From: Octopus vulgaris
Lineage: Eukaryota
NCBI GenBank assembly: GCA_951406725.2
Contig: OX597820.1
Span: 16,802,001-16,866,000, forward strand
Length of the DNA stretch: 64,000 bases
Direction: 5' to 3'
This document shows positions 40,568-55,976 of this stretch, in pieces; positions within the stretch are counted from its first letter, which is position 1, and each line of letters begins with the position of its first letter. The notes below the pieces were generated by a model, which saw only the letters and a program-made list of their open reading frames with translations, did no database searches and had not been told where the DNA came from. The position numbers and the translations under genes are program-made.

Positions 40568-41216
40568 GGTATGTTGGTGACCGTGGTTGTGATGGTGGTG
40601 GTGATGATGATGATGAGAGCAATGGTAATTGCGTTTGTGATGGCGGCGATTGTAACCATGGAATGTAAAAGAAGGACATTGTAGGCTTGCATCAGGTTTG
40701 TAGTGTTAATGGGTGATGGTCACTTTTTGTTACAGCTACTGCAACTTATTGTTGTTGTTGTTGTTAGAGGGGAGCTGGATGAGGGAATGGTCTATTGGTA
40801 CTGGCAACGATGTGCAGCCATTACGTTCTGTGATAATGTTGTTGTTGTTGTTGTTCTTCTTCTTCTTCTTCTTCTTCTTTTTCTTCTTCTTCTTCATGTT
40901 GGCATTCGCAGTATTTGAAACACTGTACCAAATAGTAGAAAGATAATATCCACGCGCAAACACACACACACACTCACACTCACATACACACTCACACTCA
41001 TATACACAACACAGACACACACATACACACACAAACACACAGAGAAAGAGAAGAACTTACACACTCTAAGATAAATTCAATTCACATACATACATATATT
41101 CATACATATCTGTGTGCATATATGTATATATATGCATATATGCCTAAATGTACATATATGTATATATGCTTACATGTACATATATATATATATATATAAA
41201 AAAGTGTATAAAATAC

Positions 41217-41281
<65 letters not shown>

Positions 41282-41351
41282 TGTATATATATATATATAT
41301 ATCTATATATAATATTTTTCATTTATGGAATAACTGAACGCCACTTTTCCT

Positions 41352-41389
<38 letters not shown>

Positions 41390-41828
41390 AAAGACAGGGA
41401 GAGAAAGAGGGAGAGAGAGAGAGAAAGAAAGAATGGGAGAGAGAGAGTAAAAAAAGCGACGTATACAAGTGGAATGAAGAATGGACGACACAACCGTTGA
41501 TATTAGTAGCGGTTCTCCGTATCAGTTTTGAACAGTCTCTAATGTAATGGTGGCCAACATCGATCTTAAGAATATATTCTAAACCAGCGCCATGATTGGA
41601 AGTAATTGAGGGCAAGGATACAATCTGGCAAGATGGCGTTTTCAGAGAAACGTTTTGATGTATATGTCCTGACAGATTTCATTACATTTCGTTTTCGGTG
41701 CATTAAAACTTCATCAATCTAAAGGTTTTGCGGTTGGTGAAGAAATTCTTCCACTGAATTTAATTTCGATGTTTTTTCTATCTGTCTTTCTTTTTATTAT
41801 ATTTTGTTTTTGCACCTTTTTTATCTTC

Positions 41829-42207
<379 letters not shown>

Positions 42208-43079
42208 ATATTTCCGGTCAAATATTTGTGCAAGGCGAGTGGTCTTCGAGATTTCTCGACACGTAATATCCATAATGTTCGGAAAAAATGAGAATTGACC
42301 ACATGTTGTGTTTGCCCTGGCGTACCGATACGTTATCGCGTCATGAACCGATATAGAAGTCCATCGATTGCTACACGCGCGCGCGCGCACACACACACAC
42401 TTACACACGCACACATTCGCACATACTCGCTCAATTATACACACACGCATAGACTTTATCATTATAACATAGTGAACGCCTTTGTGTGTATTTGATAAGC
42501 CAGAGGCTGCAGTTTTCGTCTGGAGAAAATCCCTTTTATTAAAGCACCGTAATAAAAAAAAGACAAAAAAAAACTGTATACCTCAAAGTTAAGCGAAACG
42601 AAATCGCCTCAGAATTGACCACGAAGGCCACCGATACATAGTTCGCCGCAGTTGCAGCTTCTCAATGCCTTCTACTCGTGTCACTTTTGAAACTAGTCTT
42701 AAGTATATAGAGATAGTATGTAAACTATATACTGCTTTGAAAAGACGCAGCATAAGTAGAATAAAATTCAAATTATGCAATAAAAGCAGATATATAGTAA
42801 AAGCTCAATATACCAATACGTGGCGTAAATGTTTTGCTGAAAAGCCAGAAGCTGTAGTTTCGCTTGGCTCTGAAGCATATTGTGTTTCTTTCGACACAGT
42901 ACGTCTCTAAAGAGATATTTCTCAGGCGAAGCTGCTTCTGTTGGCTCTTCAGTGATACGTTGAATAGAACGCCGGGAGAGTCCCTATATAAAGTCCCTAT
43001 AAAGAGATCTTGAAAACGTTCATTAGCGACCAGATAACGATATTGAGTCAATATCTACCAGATCTACACTTTTTTTCCC

Positions 43080-43472
43080 TCTTTTACTTGTTTCACTCAT
43101 TTGACTGTGGCTATGCTGGAGCACCGCTTTTAGTCGAATAAATCGACCCCTAGACTTATATTTTATAAGCCTAGTACTTGTTCTATCGGTCTCTTTTGCC
43201 GAACCGCTAAGTTACGGGGACGTAAACACACCAACATGGGTTGTCAAGCAATGGTGCGGGGACAAACACACAAAAATATATACATACATGCATATATATA
43301 TATATATATATGACGAGTTTTAGTTTCCGTCAACCAAATCCACTCACAAGGCTTTGGTCGGCCCGAGGCTATAGTAGAAGACACTTGCCCAAGGTGCCAC
43401 GCAGTGGGACTGAATACTGAACCATGTTGTTGGGAAGCAAGCTACTTACCAGACAGCAGCCACTCCTGCGCC
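43080..43472 (-). mobile_element. SINE family A, full length
   Basis: cttttacttgtttc ... cagccactcctgcgcc. Confidence 0.9.
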
Positions 43473-43927
43473 TATTTGGAAGATTAAAAAATATTTGTTT
43501 TGAAAATGTCACATTCATTTTTTTTTTGTCCTGCACATCACACCAGGTAAATAAGAATTGTGACAAGAGACATAGCTGTCCAGCAAATTCATTAGTATTT
43601 TTCTTGAAATTTGAAGATCAATCGAAATAAACACCATAAGTCATTTTATGTTGCCCTAGAGAAATTCAGAGGAATTGTCAGTTTATATTTTCAGATGAAA
43701 AAAATAGAAGAAAAATTATGATGTCTCATACGTCACACTTTTTTGGGATCTTCATGAAAAGAAAAAGCATTTCAAATAATAATGTATTGTTTAATACTTG
43801 ATTGTGTAGTCAAACTTAACCGTGAAAAATGAATCAATACAATTCGTGTAACTATTCAAGATATTTAATAATTTTTATTTCTGACTGTAACGTATATTAC
43901 GCGAGAATGGTCCAATAGAAGACTTTC

Positions 43928-44335
43928 TTATTTCTTTACTGCCCACAAGGGGTTACACACAGAGGGGACAAACAAAGACAGACAAACGGATTAAGTCGAT
44001 TATATCGACCCCAGTGCGTAACTGGTACTTATTTAATCGACCCCCGAAAGTTGACCTCGGCAGAATTTGAACTCAGAACGTAACGGCAGATGAAATACCT
44101 ATTTCTTTACTACCCACAAGGGGCTAAACACAGAGAAGACAAACAAGGACAGACAAAGGGATTAAATCGATTATATCGACCCCAGTGCGTAACTGGTACT
44201 TAATTTATCGACCCCCCGAAAGGATGAAAGGCAAAGTCGACCTCGGTGGAATTTGAACTCAGAACGTAAAAACAGACGGAATATCGCTAAGCATTTCGCC
44301 CGGCGTGCTAACGTTTCTGCCAGCTCGCTGCCTTC
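43928..44335 (-). mobile_element. SINE family B tandem inside one TSD
   Basis: TSD caatagaag(a/g)ctttc; junction gaaatacctatttcttt at ~44100. Confidence 0.9.
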
Positions 44336-45401
44336 AATAGAAGGCTTTCCAGCCATAACCATCCCATCTGTTGGTTTACCAAGATTGCATTGTTTAATAT
44401 TTCTTTAGTTTTAGACTAAAAAGTTGAATTTGAGGATATTTGGCAGCTACTTATAGCGGGAACCTCTCACATTAACCCCCATCTCCATGTTTATATTAAA
44501 TTCTATGTTAGATTATGATCGAATATGCGGTTCCAATTTTTTAAGCGTGGGCGGAAAGTATTACACGGTAGGGTTATCATTCTGAATCTGTTAATCTCTG
44601 CAAAGAAAATTTAGTCTCGCTAATAATTATAATTTTACATTTGTGAAGCGGTTTTTGTTTGTATTTTATATCTTCCACTTTTTCTGTTGAGTTTAATTCG
44701 TATTCGTTTTTCATAAGAATATTTATTTTTAATCATTTCATTTGCAGCCTTCTTTAGAATTTTACCAAGACTCCATGAAAATCTTGAAATAAATCACTTT
44801 TTTCAGATTTACACCTTTTAGTCGAGCAGCAATCGTTAAGCCGGCACTTGGTGACTCTCTTTCAAAATTTTAATAAATAAAGCCCAAAGACAAACACTTC
44901 TACATTTCATTTGTTTGTTAAAGGTATTTTGTTAAAGAATATTATTAAACAAAGTCAACAAAGAGCGCAGTGGAGCAAGAAGGGAGGACGACACATCTGA
45001 AGGAGCAATATAACGCGGTCGTATCCATCTCTAAAATGACTCAACGCATATGGACTGAAATACGCTTGTTTACATTGCATACGATCACATGTGCTATCAC
45101 ACACAGCTACAATTTCATTGGTTGTACCATTGTTTTCATAATGTCATTTTTTTTCTCTCTTTCGTCTCAATACTTGTAAAAATAATCCAAATTATAATAC
45201 TGAGAACAGCCCGGCTTTATATAATCCTTAAGCACGTAGATTATGTTCAACACGGTGAGGCCTCTCATTGATCTTTCTTTCCAATTATCGCCGCCCAAGT
45301 ATGTGTGTATATATATGTCTGTGTGTTTGTATATATGTATATATATGTATGTATAAATGTATGTATGTACCATGTATGTATGTATCATGTATGTATGTAT
45401 G

Positions 45402-45458
<57 letters not shown>

Positions 45459-45490
45459 CGTAAATATATATGTATATATATATGTATGAA

Positions 45491-45529
<39 letters not shown>

Positions 45530-45552
45530 ACACACACGTACACACACACTCA

Positions 45553-45604
<52 letters not shown>

Positions 45605-45696
45605 TATACATACATGCGCAAACACATATAACCATAGAATATTGCTGCTTATGTCGTTTGCCTACACCAAACAAGACATAAGAACCACGTCACCCT

Positions 45697-46200
45697 AGAG
45701 AGCAATCGCAAAAGACAATTAAATAAAGAACAAGACTGATCTTGGTTATTGGAACCCCTTCAAAACATTGAAACCTTGTTTTCTCCAACACTGCCTTAGC
45801 ACTACATCATTTGCACAATGAGGAGAATATACCACCAGAATTATCTAAACGACCTTAACATCAAACTCAGATTTCATACAAGGTTGAGACTCCGTTTCAT
45901 ACACCCACTACACAATTCAGACTCACAACACACAAGTAGACTGTATTACAATTACTTTTCTAAACGGACCCTGCTCTATTTAACATTATCCCATAAAAAA
46001 ATAAGGGAGAAAAAGATCCCATCACTTTCAAACGATATCTGAACACATTTCTTCAAGGAGTACTATGTAAGCCACCTATACCTGGATACATCTCAGTCAA
46101 AAACTCCCTACGTGAATGTCTTATGATACCACAAAACCTGACTGAACACGTTTCAGAAGTTAGATCGACGTAAAAGAAGTGAAACATCGGAAGCAAATAA
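45697..46200 (+). pseudogene. Decayed 3' end of a CR1/L2-group LINE ORF2
   Basis: Homologous to 55440-55760 (RAIAK..DLGYW..ICTMRRIYHQNYLNDLNIK..PALFNII). Confidence 0.65.
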
Positions 46201-47384
46201 ATACATTGAAACCATGGCTAGTTGATACATGTAGCCTCATTTATCACGGACCCGGGATAATACGGAACACTAAGTTGTGAACCGTGTTACACCTTTCCCG
46301 GGTTGATCTGTGGTAACACTGATCAACGTCCGGTCGAAGTTTCTGCTTGTACCTCAAAAATGTACCTCGGTGATCACCTACAATACTCAGCTACTAAAAA
46401 GTACTGATTATAGCTTGTGTTTACACGACTGTGCTGCGTGGTTGCTTCTTGTTATACGAATTAACGTACCCATACCCTTCAACAGGGGACTAATGAACAG
46501 AAAAAAACGACGGAACCTGATCCAAAAAAATGATGCAGAAGTGTGTATTCTCCGCAGGAAAAAGGTAGAGGTGATCAAGCTTTGCTGCTGTAGTTCATGA
46601 GTTTGGTGTCAATGAGTTAAACATTTATTCCATTTACAAACTGCGTGAAGATAATTCATTTATCACTGATACATTTATCACCGTGTTATATTTTCCTTGG
46701 CGGGGAGCACCAACACACGGTGATAAACAAAGATCGACGAACGGTGTTTTTTTAACGTATTTCACGATTCCTCGAGTTTATCTCTATGCAACGATATTAT
46801 TTTAAAAATTACAGTAAACCCACGTTAGTGACTAGGTGGCAGTTGGTGCGACGAAAAGTTTGGCACTTTTCTATGGCTGATATATGGACATTTTTCTATG
46901 GCTGATATGTGTCCGTCATGCTGTAATTGTTTTAGTTTCAACATATGGTCTCAGACAAAATCACTTCCCTGACAAGTACATTTTCGAAATTACTTCTGCG
47001 TCTTATACCAAATCAGAATTAAGTTCAACGAAGTTTGCTATTGATCCTAGCCTATCTCATGTCAGGTGTTAGATTCTTGCCGCGGGGCACTAAACACAAA
47101 GTGCTACACCTAATTCTATATGTCTAAGTACTCATCACTAATTCTGAAACCGATATTCTATTGATTCCTAAAAGACGAAATGGAAGCTAAAGACACTATG
47201 TTAAATACCTTTAAGCATAGAAACTTTCATTCTGCCATCTGCATCCCAAGCACCAGGCTGACCAAAATGAATAAATTATAATGTACCATACATACGGGAA
47301 CCCCCCACCCCCCCAAAAAAAAACTATGAACGCCTACATTTGTGTGTATTTATGTATATCGGTATTAGCGTAAGTACCCTATGT

Positions 47385-48477
47385 ATGTCATTATTCAGTT
47401 TTATTTCAAGATTTCTTGCCAATAAAGAGCCGGTTTCTAACCAAAGCTCCTTCACTGGAATTTCAACAACATCAACAGGGTATGTATGTATGTATGTATG
47501 TATGTATTTATGTATGTATGTATGTATGCATGTATGTATGTGTGCAGATTTGTACGTTTTGTTTTATGTATGTATTCTCATGCATATAGTTGCATATCTA
47601 GACATGCTCATATAGATTTAAATTATAAACTTCTGGAAAGTTTTACAGATTTTTACAGTTCCAGTGATGGCTTGGATCTGTAGTCTTCGAACCAGCTTTC
47701 TCCTTTCTAGTTTCGAGAAGACTAAATTCTCAAGATTGGTATTTAGGAAGTGTATTACATATCCCAGTGCACCAATAATTACAGGTATAAACTTTACTTT
47801 GAATTCTGGATAGAGTAGCTGTAGATTACTCAATAGTTCACCAGAGGTATTTATTTCGCCGATCTTTAGCTCTATGTTAACATCCGCTGGGCAGCTGATT
47901 TCCACGACTGTACATATGTATGTCATTACTCAGTTTATTTCAAGATTTCTTGCCAATAGGGAAAGAACCACTTTCTAACCTAGATCCAAGGCTCTTTCAT
48001 TGAAATTTCAACATCAAAAACAGGGTATTTTTGTTTCAATGTATGTATGTGCAGATTTATATGTTTTATGTATGTATTCTCATGCGTATAGTTACATATC
48101 TAGGCTTACTCATATGTATTCAAATGATAAACTTCTGGAAAGTTTTACAGATTTTTGCAGTTCCAGTTATTGATTGGATCTGTAGTCTTCGAATTAGCTT
48201 TCTCTTTTCTGGTTTTGAGAAGCCTAATTTCTCAAAACTTGTTTTTAGGCAGTGTGTTACATATCCCAGGGCCCCAATAGTTACAGGTATAAACCTGAAC
48301 TTGTATTCTGGATAGATTAACTGCAGATTTCTCAATAGTTCAGGGTAGATATTCTCTTTTTCACTGATCTTCAACTTTATGTTAACATCCACTGGGTAGC
48401 TAATTTCCACAACTGTGCACAGTTTCTCTTCTCCATCCCAAATCATTATATCAGGTCTGTTGTGCTTACATTTTATT
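47385..48477 (-). mobile_element. Two head-to-tail 5'-truncated copies (47385-47912, 47920-48477) of a REL-endonuclease LINE in (CATA)n
   Basis: [41 protein letters not shown] (PD..E..K motif), stop, and shared 3' UTR ending in (CATA)n. Confidence 0.88.
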
Positions 48478-49508
48478 GAGGTGTATGTATGTATGTATGT
48501 ATGTATGTATGTATGTATGTATGTATGTATGTATGTATGTATGTATGTATGTATGTATTTCTGACACAGTTGTTAGGGTGTTGTACTCCCGATCTCAAGT
48601 TCACGATTTCGATTCCCCCACCGGTGTCCGCGTTGTGTTTTTGAGCAAAACACTTAATTTCCCGCTATTCCAGTCCGCTCAGCTGCATATAACTCTGCAA
48701 CAGACCGCCGTCCTGCTGCAATTTCTATCAGACCAAACTGCGAAGAAGCTTCGTTAGTTGTTTTTCTTTAATCCCAGGTTAAATGTAGTCAAGTACACCT
48801 ATGATAAAATGCGTTCCAAGCGTGCCTATTCTGTCTTCGTGTATATCAGAAATTACATTGTAAAAGGTATACACATGAGACCCCGGGCTAGTGCCCAGAG
48901 CTGCCATGCCTTATAATGGCTCTGGTTTCACCCAAGATTGACCTTGATTGAGCAAACCTATAGTAAAAAGCACCTCAGACGTAGCAAGCTGTTATTTTGT
49001 ATTTTTATTAATTTATGAAAAGAAACTGCCTTCTAAATGTTATTCCTCTTTTCACAGGTGGTAGGACACAATACTCTTTCAGACGCACACATACTTCATA
49101 AATATATGCATACATATACACATATGCTCGTACGCACAAATAGCTGTGTGGTTAAGAAGCCCACTTTGCAACCATGTGGTTTCGGGCTCAATCTCATTAC
49201 GCGGAACCTTGATTTGACAACTAATACTAGTTTGTTTCGTGTTAGTTTAGCAGTTCGGCAAAAGATGCTGATGGACTAAGTACAAAACTTTAAAAAAAAA
49301 AAAAATTATTAAGTATTTTTTATACTAGACTCTTCAAGTCGACGCTCCAGCATGAGCGCACTCTTATAACAGAAACAAGTAAAAGATGAAAGAGGATGAA
49401 TAATTTTGTCGTATATTTATCAATTTATGGCCTGATCAGGGAATTTTTGAAGATATAAATCATAATAAATTACACAGGTTTTATATTTTTTGGCAAAAAT
49501 ATTTGTAC

Positions 49509-49605
<97 letters not shown>

Positions 49606-49708
49606 TATTAATAATAATAATAATAATAGGGAATATAATTCTAAAATCCACAGGGAAAAATTCAATTTAACAATTTTAAATCAAATTTCACAATATATAT
49701 AGATATGT

Positions 49709-49948
49709 ATATAATTTAGAGAAAAACCTCTATAAAGCAATTCAATAAAGAGAGATGTTATTCACAACATATAGAAAACATATAGTATAAAAACCTTAAT
49801 CTAAAAATCAATAAAGTACAATATTTACTATTTATTGTACTTTAATGATTTAAAATAAGTTTTTTTTGATAGTATATGTTTTCTATATGGTGTGAATAAC
49901 ATCTCTCTTTATTGAATTATTTAATAGATGTTTTTCTCTAAATTATAT
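49709..49948. repeat. ~115-bp-arm imperfect inverted repeat
   Basis: ataatttagagaaaaac...aaagtacaata / tattgtacttt...gtttttctctaaattat. Confidence 0.85.
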
Positions 49949-49992
<44 letters not shown>

Positions 49993-50015
49993 ACACACAC
50001 ACACATATATGTATA

Positions 50016-50870
50016 CAGGGTGCGTAAAGTATTTGAGGACATAACTTTTTGGGGTCATTACTGCATTTTTGCCCACTCTGTATTATCTTTGTTTCAAAAA
50101 ATAGTAATGACAGACCCTCAGCTTACTTAAGAAATGAAGAGGCATGCTGTTATTATGGTTATAAAGGCTGAGCATAGCGATTTAGAAATATCTCGATTGT
50201 TAAAAGTTGCCAGATCTTTCGTCTACGAAGTCTGTAAGGAGCTAGAGACTGAAGATGGAAACGTATCACTAGTATCAAAGCATAAAACACATTCTAAATG
50301 CTCTGAAATCATCAGAACACCTGTATCTATTCAGCAAGTTCAACAGACTATTTGTAACAATCCCAGATAATCAATGAGGTCAATTGCAAAAGATCTCCAT
50401 GTGTCAAAAGGAAGAGCCAGAAATGTTGTCCACGGAGACATCAGATATTAGTCTTATATGATGAGGAAAGGTCAATTTATGTTAGAAAAAGCAAGAGAAA
50501 ATCACTACATCAGATCTAAAAGACTCTTAAACAAACTGAAAAATCCAGCAGAAGAAGATTTGATTTGGTTTTTCTCAAACGAGGAAAACTTCGACCAAGA
50601 TCAAAAAGTTAACAGAAGAAATGACAGATGGTTATGTGCAGACCCTTCTGAAGTTCCAAGTATTATGCATACAAAATTTCTTGAAACCGTCATGGTTTTA
50701 AGGCTTGTCGGCAATGAAGGATATGTAATACCTCCTTACTTCTTTCCACAAGGCCTTAGAGTTAACTTTGCCGCCTACATTGAGGTCCTGGAAGTAAGTG
50801 TTAAGCCCTGGATAGACAGTGTATGCAATGGAAGGCCATATGTGTTTCAGTAAGACTCTGCACTATCACA
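50016..50870 (+). mobile_element. 5' part of a decayed maT/DD37D-like Tc1/mariner transposon
   Basis: TA-cagggtg terminus; HTH region 50134-50370; FFSNEENF..VNRRNDRW..PPYFF..RPYVFQ*DSALSH with stops; truncated at (TA)n. Confidence 0.82.
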
Positions 50871-50881
50871 CATATATATAT

Positions 50882-50967
<86 letters not shown>

Positions 50968-51142
50968 GTTTAAATATTTGTTGTGCAAGATTTTTTATGT
51001 GAAGTCGTGTGTTGAAACAGATATTGTTATATTTCGGAATGGTCATTTTGCCAGTTTAGCCAATAAAAACACACGCACTATATATTTGGTGTTACTTTGC
51101 TTCAGTGTTATTTATTTTTTACATTAATCTTAATCTTATTTC

Positions 51143-51186
51143 GGCCAGAGTTCTTTCGTCACACTCCTGTGACCGCATCAGTGGTC
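51143..51186 (-). ncRNA. Hammerhead-like motif (A9C variant) in a (TA)n-anchored repeat (~50970-51360)
   Basis: Reverse complement gacca-CTGATGC-g-gtcac(aggagt)gtgac-GAAA-g(aa)c-TC-tggcc. Confidence 0.55.
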
Positions 51187-51593
51187 CTTTGTTTTCTTCT
51201 TACTTATTTGTGTCTCTCCTTACTAACCGTCAGCCATTTTGTATTTCTATTGTATGTCTTCATTTGCGCATGCTTATATCTCTATGTGCGTTTATGTTTA
51301 TTTAGTGTGTGTATGTGGGGGATGCCTGTAATATTTGTATCTTCTGTTTATATATGTTCATGTAATTTGTAATTTTATATGTTCATGTAATTTGTATTTT
51401 TTTTGTTTTGTTTTGTTTTTTTGTTGTTTTTGTTTTTGTTTATTCTTATTTTGTTCATGTGTTTACATCCACCCATTATTATCATTACATATGCTTGTAT
51501 GTATGTATGTATGTATGTATGTATGTATGTATGTATGTATGTATGTATAACAACAATACTAGTAATAATAATAATAAATTGAATCGAAAAAAA

Positions 51594-51688
<95 letters not shown>

Positions 51689-52055
51689 TTATTTCTATTA
51701 GTTTATTTATTTATTTGTGTATTTATTATGTTTTCAGGATCCTCTATCGTCATATGTTGTGGTGTGTGTTAGTGTTCCATTCTAGTTTTCTATTCAGGCT
51801 AGGTTTATTTTCTATTATGTGTGTAGCTTCTGTAATTTGTCTAATTGTTGCATCTGATCTATGTGTGGATAATATTTTAATTTCTATATTATTGATTGAT
51901 CCCCCGTGTTCTTGTTCGGCGTATTGGTACAGAATCGATGATATATATATATAAATGCGCGCGCGATTGTGTGTTTATGTATATATATATAGTATACATG
52001 TTATATATATTCGTATCTTTTTATCTATCTATCTATATGTGTGTGTATGTGAATA

Positions 52056-52159
<104 letters not shown>

Positions 52160-52594
52160 GTGTGAAAATATACATATATGTATGTATGTGTGTGTATGTG
52201 TATGCTTGTTAATATGTAAAATATACATTTTAAATGCATTTTCTGATCATACACAGAAAACTGAAAAACAAAGACTTCACGTATGGTGGGGCGGTGGGGT
52301 GTGTGAAGGGGATTTTTATTCTGTTGAACAAAAGATGCTTTTTAACAATTGTTAACACATATTTACCGTTCGATCTTAATTCATTCATCACTAAACAGAA
52401 CGAGCTTAGAGGTGTTTCTGCCTTATGGTCTGATTTGACTTTGAACTGGTTTTATTATCAACTGGAATCTGTTGCTCACATAAACGTGAGCGCATTAGAA
52501 GACATGTTTGTGTGTGCATATCTTTTTATATAAGTATATATATGTCTATGTGTGTGCATGCGTGCATACATACATACATACATACATACAATCA

Positions 52595-52630
<36 letters not shown>

Positions 52631-52728
52631 TATGTCATTAAAATTAACACACTGTTATATAGGTATATATATATATACCTATATAGGTATATATACCATA
52701 TATAGGTATATATATATATACCATATAT

Positions 52729-52781
<53 letters not shown>

Positions 52782-52885
52782 TTTAAAGGCTGTCTGCCAG
52801 TCTATTTATGTATGTATATATCTATCTGTACATATACTTATATATGTACTCATGCGCAAATATATACATGTACACACACACACGT

Positions 52886-52929
<44 letters not shown>

Positions 52930-53465
52930 GGAGACTGATAAACAGCTATCAAGCTATTTAGATAAACAGATAGGTAGATAGATAGATAGATAGACAGACC
53001 AATCATCTGGTACCTAGAGCACTATACATTTTTATTGTTAAAAGCGCTGTGACATAATTAAATTTATGTTCATAAATTACTGGGAATCATTGAAGCTTTA
53101 TCGTATTTTTCTTCTGATATTATATAATTATATCTGAAATTAATTAAAATAATCACAAACAGGAAAATAATTTATGAAATACCTAACATTACTCGCAGGT
53201 ATGCTGTTTGGTAAGAAGCTGCGTTCCTAACCATGAGGTTTTGTGTTCGGTTCCACTATGCGGTACCTTGGTCCAGTGTCTCCTTCCATAATAGTTCGGT
53301 AAACGGTAGCGATGGAATAATAACCAAACTTAAGATGAAAACAAAGGCAGCGGAGGGAACGATGTATACCCTGCGCACAGATAAATTTTTTGTAAATTTT
53401 AGTGTGGCTTACAATGCGTTGCTTATCCATGCTTTTTAATTGATCTGAATTAATTTTTTTTTGAA

Positions 53466-53554
53466 GTATCACCATTATAGGTATTTATACTCCGGTGAAA
53501 TTAGGAAATCAACTCGTAAATAAACGAAACCCTCGAATCCATCAATGTACATTC

Positions 53555-53635
<81 letters not shown>

Positions 53636-53940
53636 CGGTACGCACACGTAGCTACATGCATAGGTACACCATGATCTATACATTCGCACACGTGGGTGAA
53701 TTGATATAAAAAGAAAGTGTAAAAATGAAATACTTATAGAAAATATTGCATAGAATTTGAGAAGTGTTTTCAACGTCTTTCAATGATGGCAGGTGAACGA
53801 TAGAAATAATATGACCATTAGCTTATCGAGAAATTTGTAAGTTCGATTTTAAAAATATTTTTCTTGTTTATGTATCACCATTATCGGTATTTATACTCCG
53901 GTGAAATTAAGAGAGCAACTCGTAAATAAACGAAATCCTC
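53466..53940. repeat. ~69-bp direct repeats (53466-53534, 53872-53940)
   Basis: gtatcaccattat.ggtatttatactccggtgaaatta...caactcgtaaataaacgaaa.cctc twice. Confidence 0.85.
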
Positions 53941-54618
53941 AAATCCCATGTTGGGGCACCGCCTTGAAGGGTTTCAGGACTTGCACTTTAAGCCTAGTAC
54001 TTATTTTATTGATCTCTTTTACCAAACCGCTAAGTTACACATATATGACAGGCTTCTGCTCATTTTCCCTCCCCAATATCACTTCACAAAACATTGGTCG
54101 GACCAGAGCTATACAAGTGAACACGTACGCTATGTGCTACGCAGACGAGACTGAACCTAGGACTCCGTGATTGTAAACCGGACTTCCTAACTACACAACC
54201 AGCTTGATCAAAATAACCAAGAAGATAAAAACGTTGAAATGCATGAAGTATTATTCGAACTAAGGAAGCGTTCTACAATACACTTAAAATCCCAGAAAGA
54301 CCAGTCATAACTCCATCAAATCACATCATAGCTTTTTAAAAAAAAATAAGCACCTGTCAAGGACTACATTTGATCATGTGGTACTTATGCTATAACTGAA
54401 AAAAAAGGAAGAAAACGAAAAGAAAGGCAGGTGGTAATGGCTGCAATGCCTTTGATTACACGTCTACCTAATTAGCGCTGACTTAGAGCTAAATAAGAAG
54501 TTAATGTTTTGCTTTTGTTGTTCTGGATCGCTTTTCCTTTTGCTACAGGTTAAATAATTTAAAGCTGGCTTTCTGGCTACACAAATAATCATGATATATG
54601 AAGAAGATAAGAAAATTC

Positions 54619-55231
54619 TTTTCTACTCTTGGCACAAGGCCGGAAAATTTGGAGGATGGGGCAGTCGATTAGATCAACCCCAATACGCAACTGGTACTTT
54701 ATTTATCGACTCCGAAAGGATGAAGGGCAAAGTCGACCTCGGCGGAATTTGAACTCAGAACGTAAAGACAGCCGAAATACTGCTAAGCATTTCCCCCGAC
54801 CTGCTAACGTTTCTTATTTCTTTATTGCCCACAAGGGGCTAAACACAGAGGGGACAAACAAGGACAGACAAAGGGATTAAGTCGATTAAATCGATCCTGG
54901 TGCGTACCTGGTACTTAACTTATCGACCCCGAAAGAATAAAAGGCAAAGTCGACCTCGGCGGAATTTGAACTCAGAACGTAGCAGCAGACGAAATACCTA
55001 TTTCTTTACTGCCCACAAGGGGCTACATACAGAGTGGACAAACAAGGACAGACAAACCGATTAAGTCGGTTATATCGACTCCAGTGCGTAACTGGTACTT
55101 ATTTAATCGACCCCGAAAGGATGAAAGGCAAAGTCGACCTCGGCGGAATTTGAACTGAGAATGTAACGGCAGACGAAATACCGCTAAGCATTTCACCCGG
55201 CGTGCTTACGTTTCTGCCAGCTCGCCGCCTT
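54619..55231 (-). mobile_element. SINE family B concatemer (three units)
   Basis: Junctions at ~54812 (aacgtttcttatttc) and ~54998 (gaaatacctatttc). Confidence 0.88.
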
Positions 55232-55439
55232 AAGGTACGTAAATTATTGTAAAGAATGAAGCAGATTGATGTATACTTTTGAGAAGCTAATATACTTTAG
55301 AATAGGGATGATAGAAAAAAGTAACGAGTTAAGTAATGGAACGGTATCCCTAAATTCTATAATGCAATGTTTATTGATTTAGGAAAATATTAGATTTTGG
55401 GGAAATGCTATAAAAATACTGATTTCAATATGAAACATG

Positions 55440-55760
55440 TAGAACCCAGAGAGCAATCGCGAAAAAAAGTAAAAGGCATGACTGATTTTGATTATTGGGA
55501 CTGCCATAAAACATCGAATTTCTGTTCTTTCCAGCGTCACCGTGGGCGCTACGTTATTTGCACAACGTGGGGAATATACCAGCAGCTTTGCCTAAACGAC
55601 TTTAATATTAAATTCAGAATTCCTTCAAGGCTCTGGTTACGTACCATATGCCTCCTACACAATTCAGGCTTACAACACATATATTCACTGTAACGCAATT
55701 TCTTTTCCTCAATTGGCCCTGCTCTGTTTAACATTATTCCGGAACAAATCAAAGAAGTAA
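55440..55760 (+). pseudogene. Decayed 3' end of a CR1/L2-group LINE ORF2
   Basis: KKVKGMTDFDYWDCHKTSNFCSFQRHRGRYVI resembles the K.I.G...LSY.ERL..L.L.SL.RRR.R motif. Confidence 0.7.
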
Positions 55761-55976
55761 AAGTAATATTTATTTATTTATTTATTTATTTATGCGTGAG
55801 AGAAAGTTGGGGCGAAAGAGTACAGCAGGGGTCGCCACCCCACACCCCCTGCCGGAACCTCGTGGAGCTTTAGGTGTTTTCGCTCAATAAAATAAAATAT
55901 AAAAAATAAGTACTGGGGTTGATACATTCATCAAAAAATTATTCAAGGCGGTACTCCAGCATGGTAAGTAATAGAT

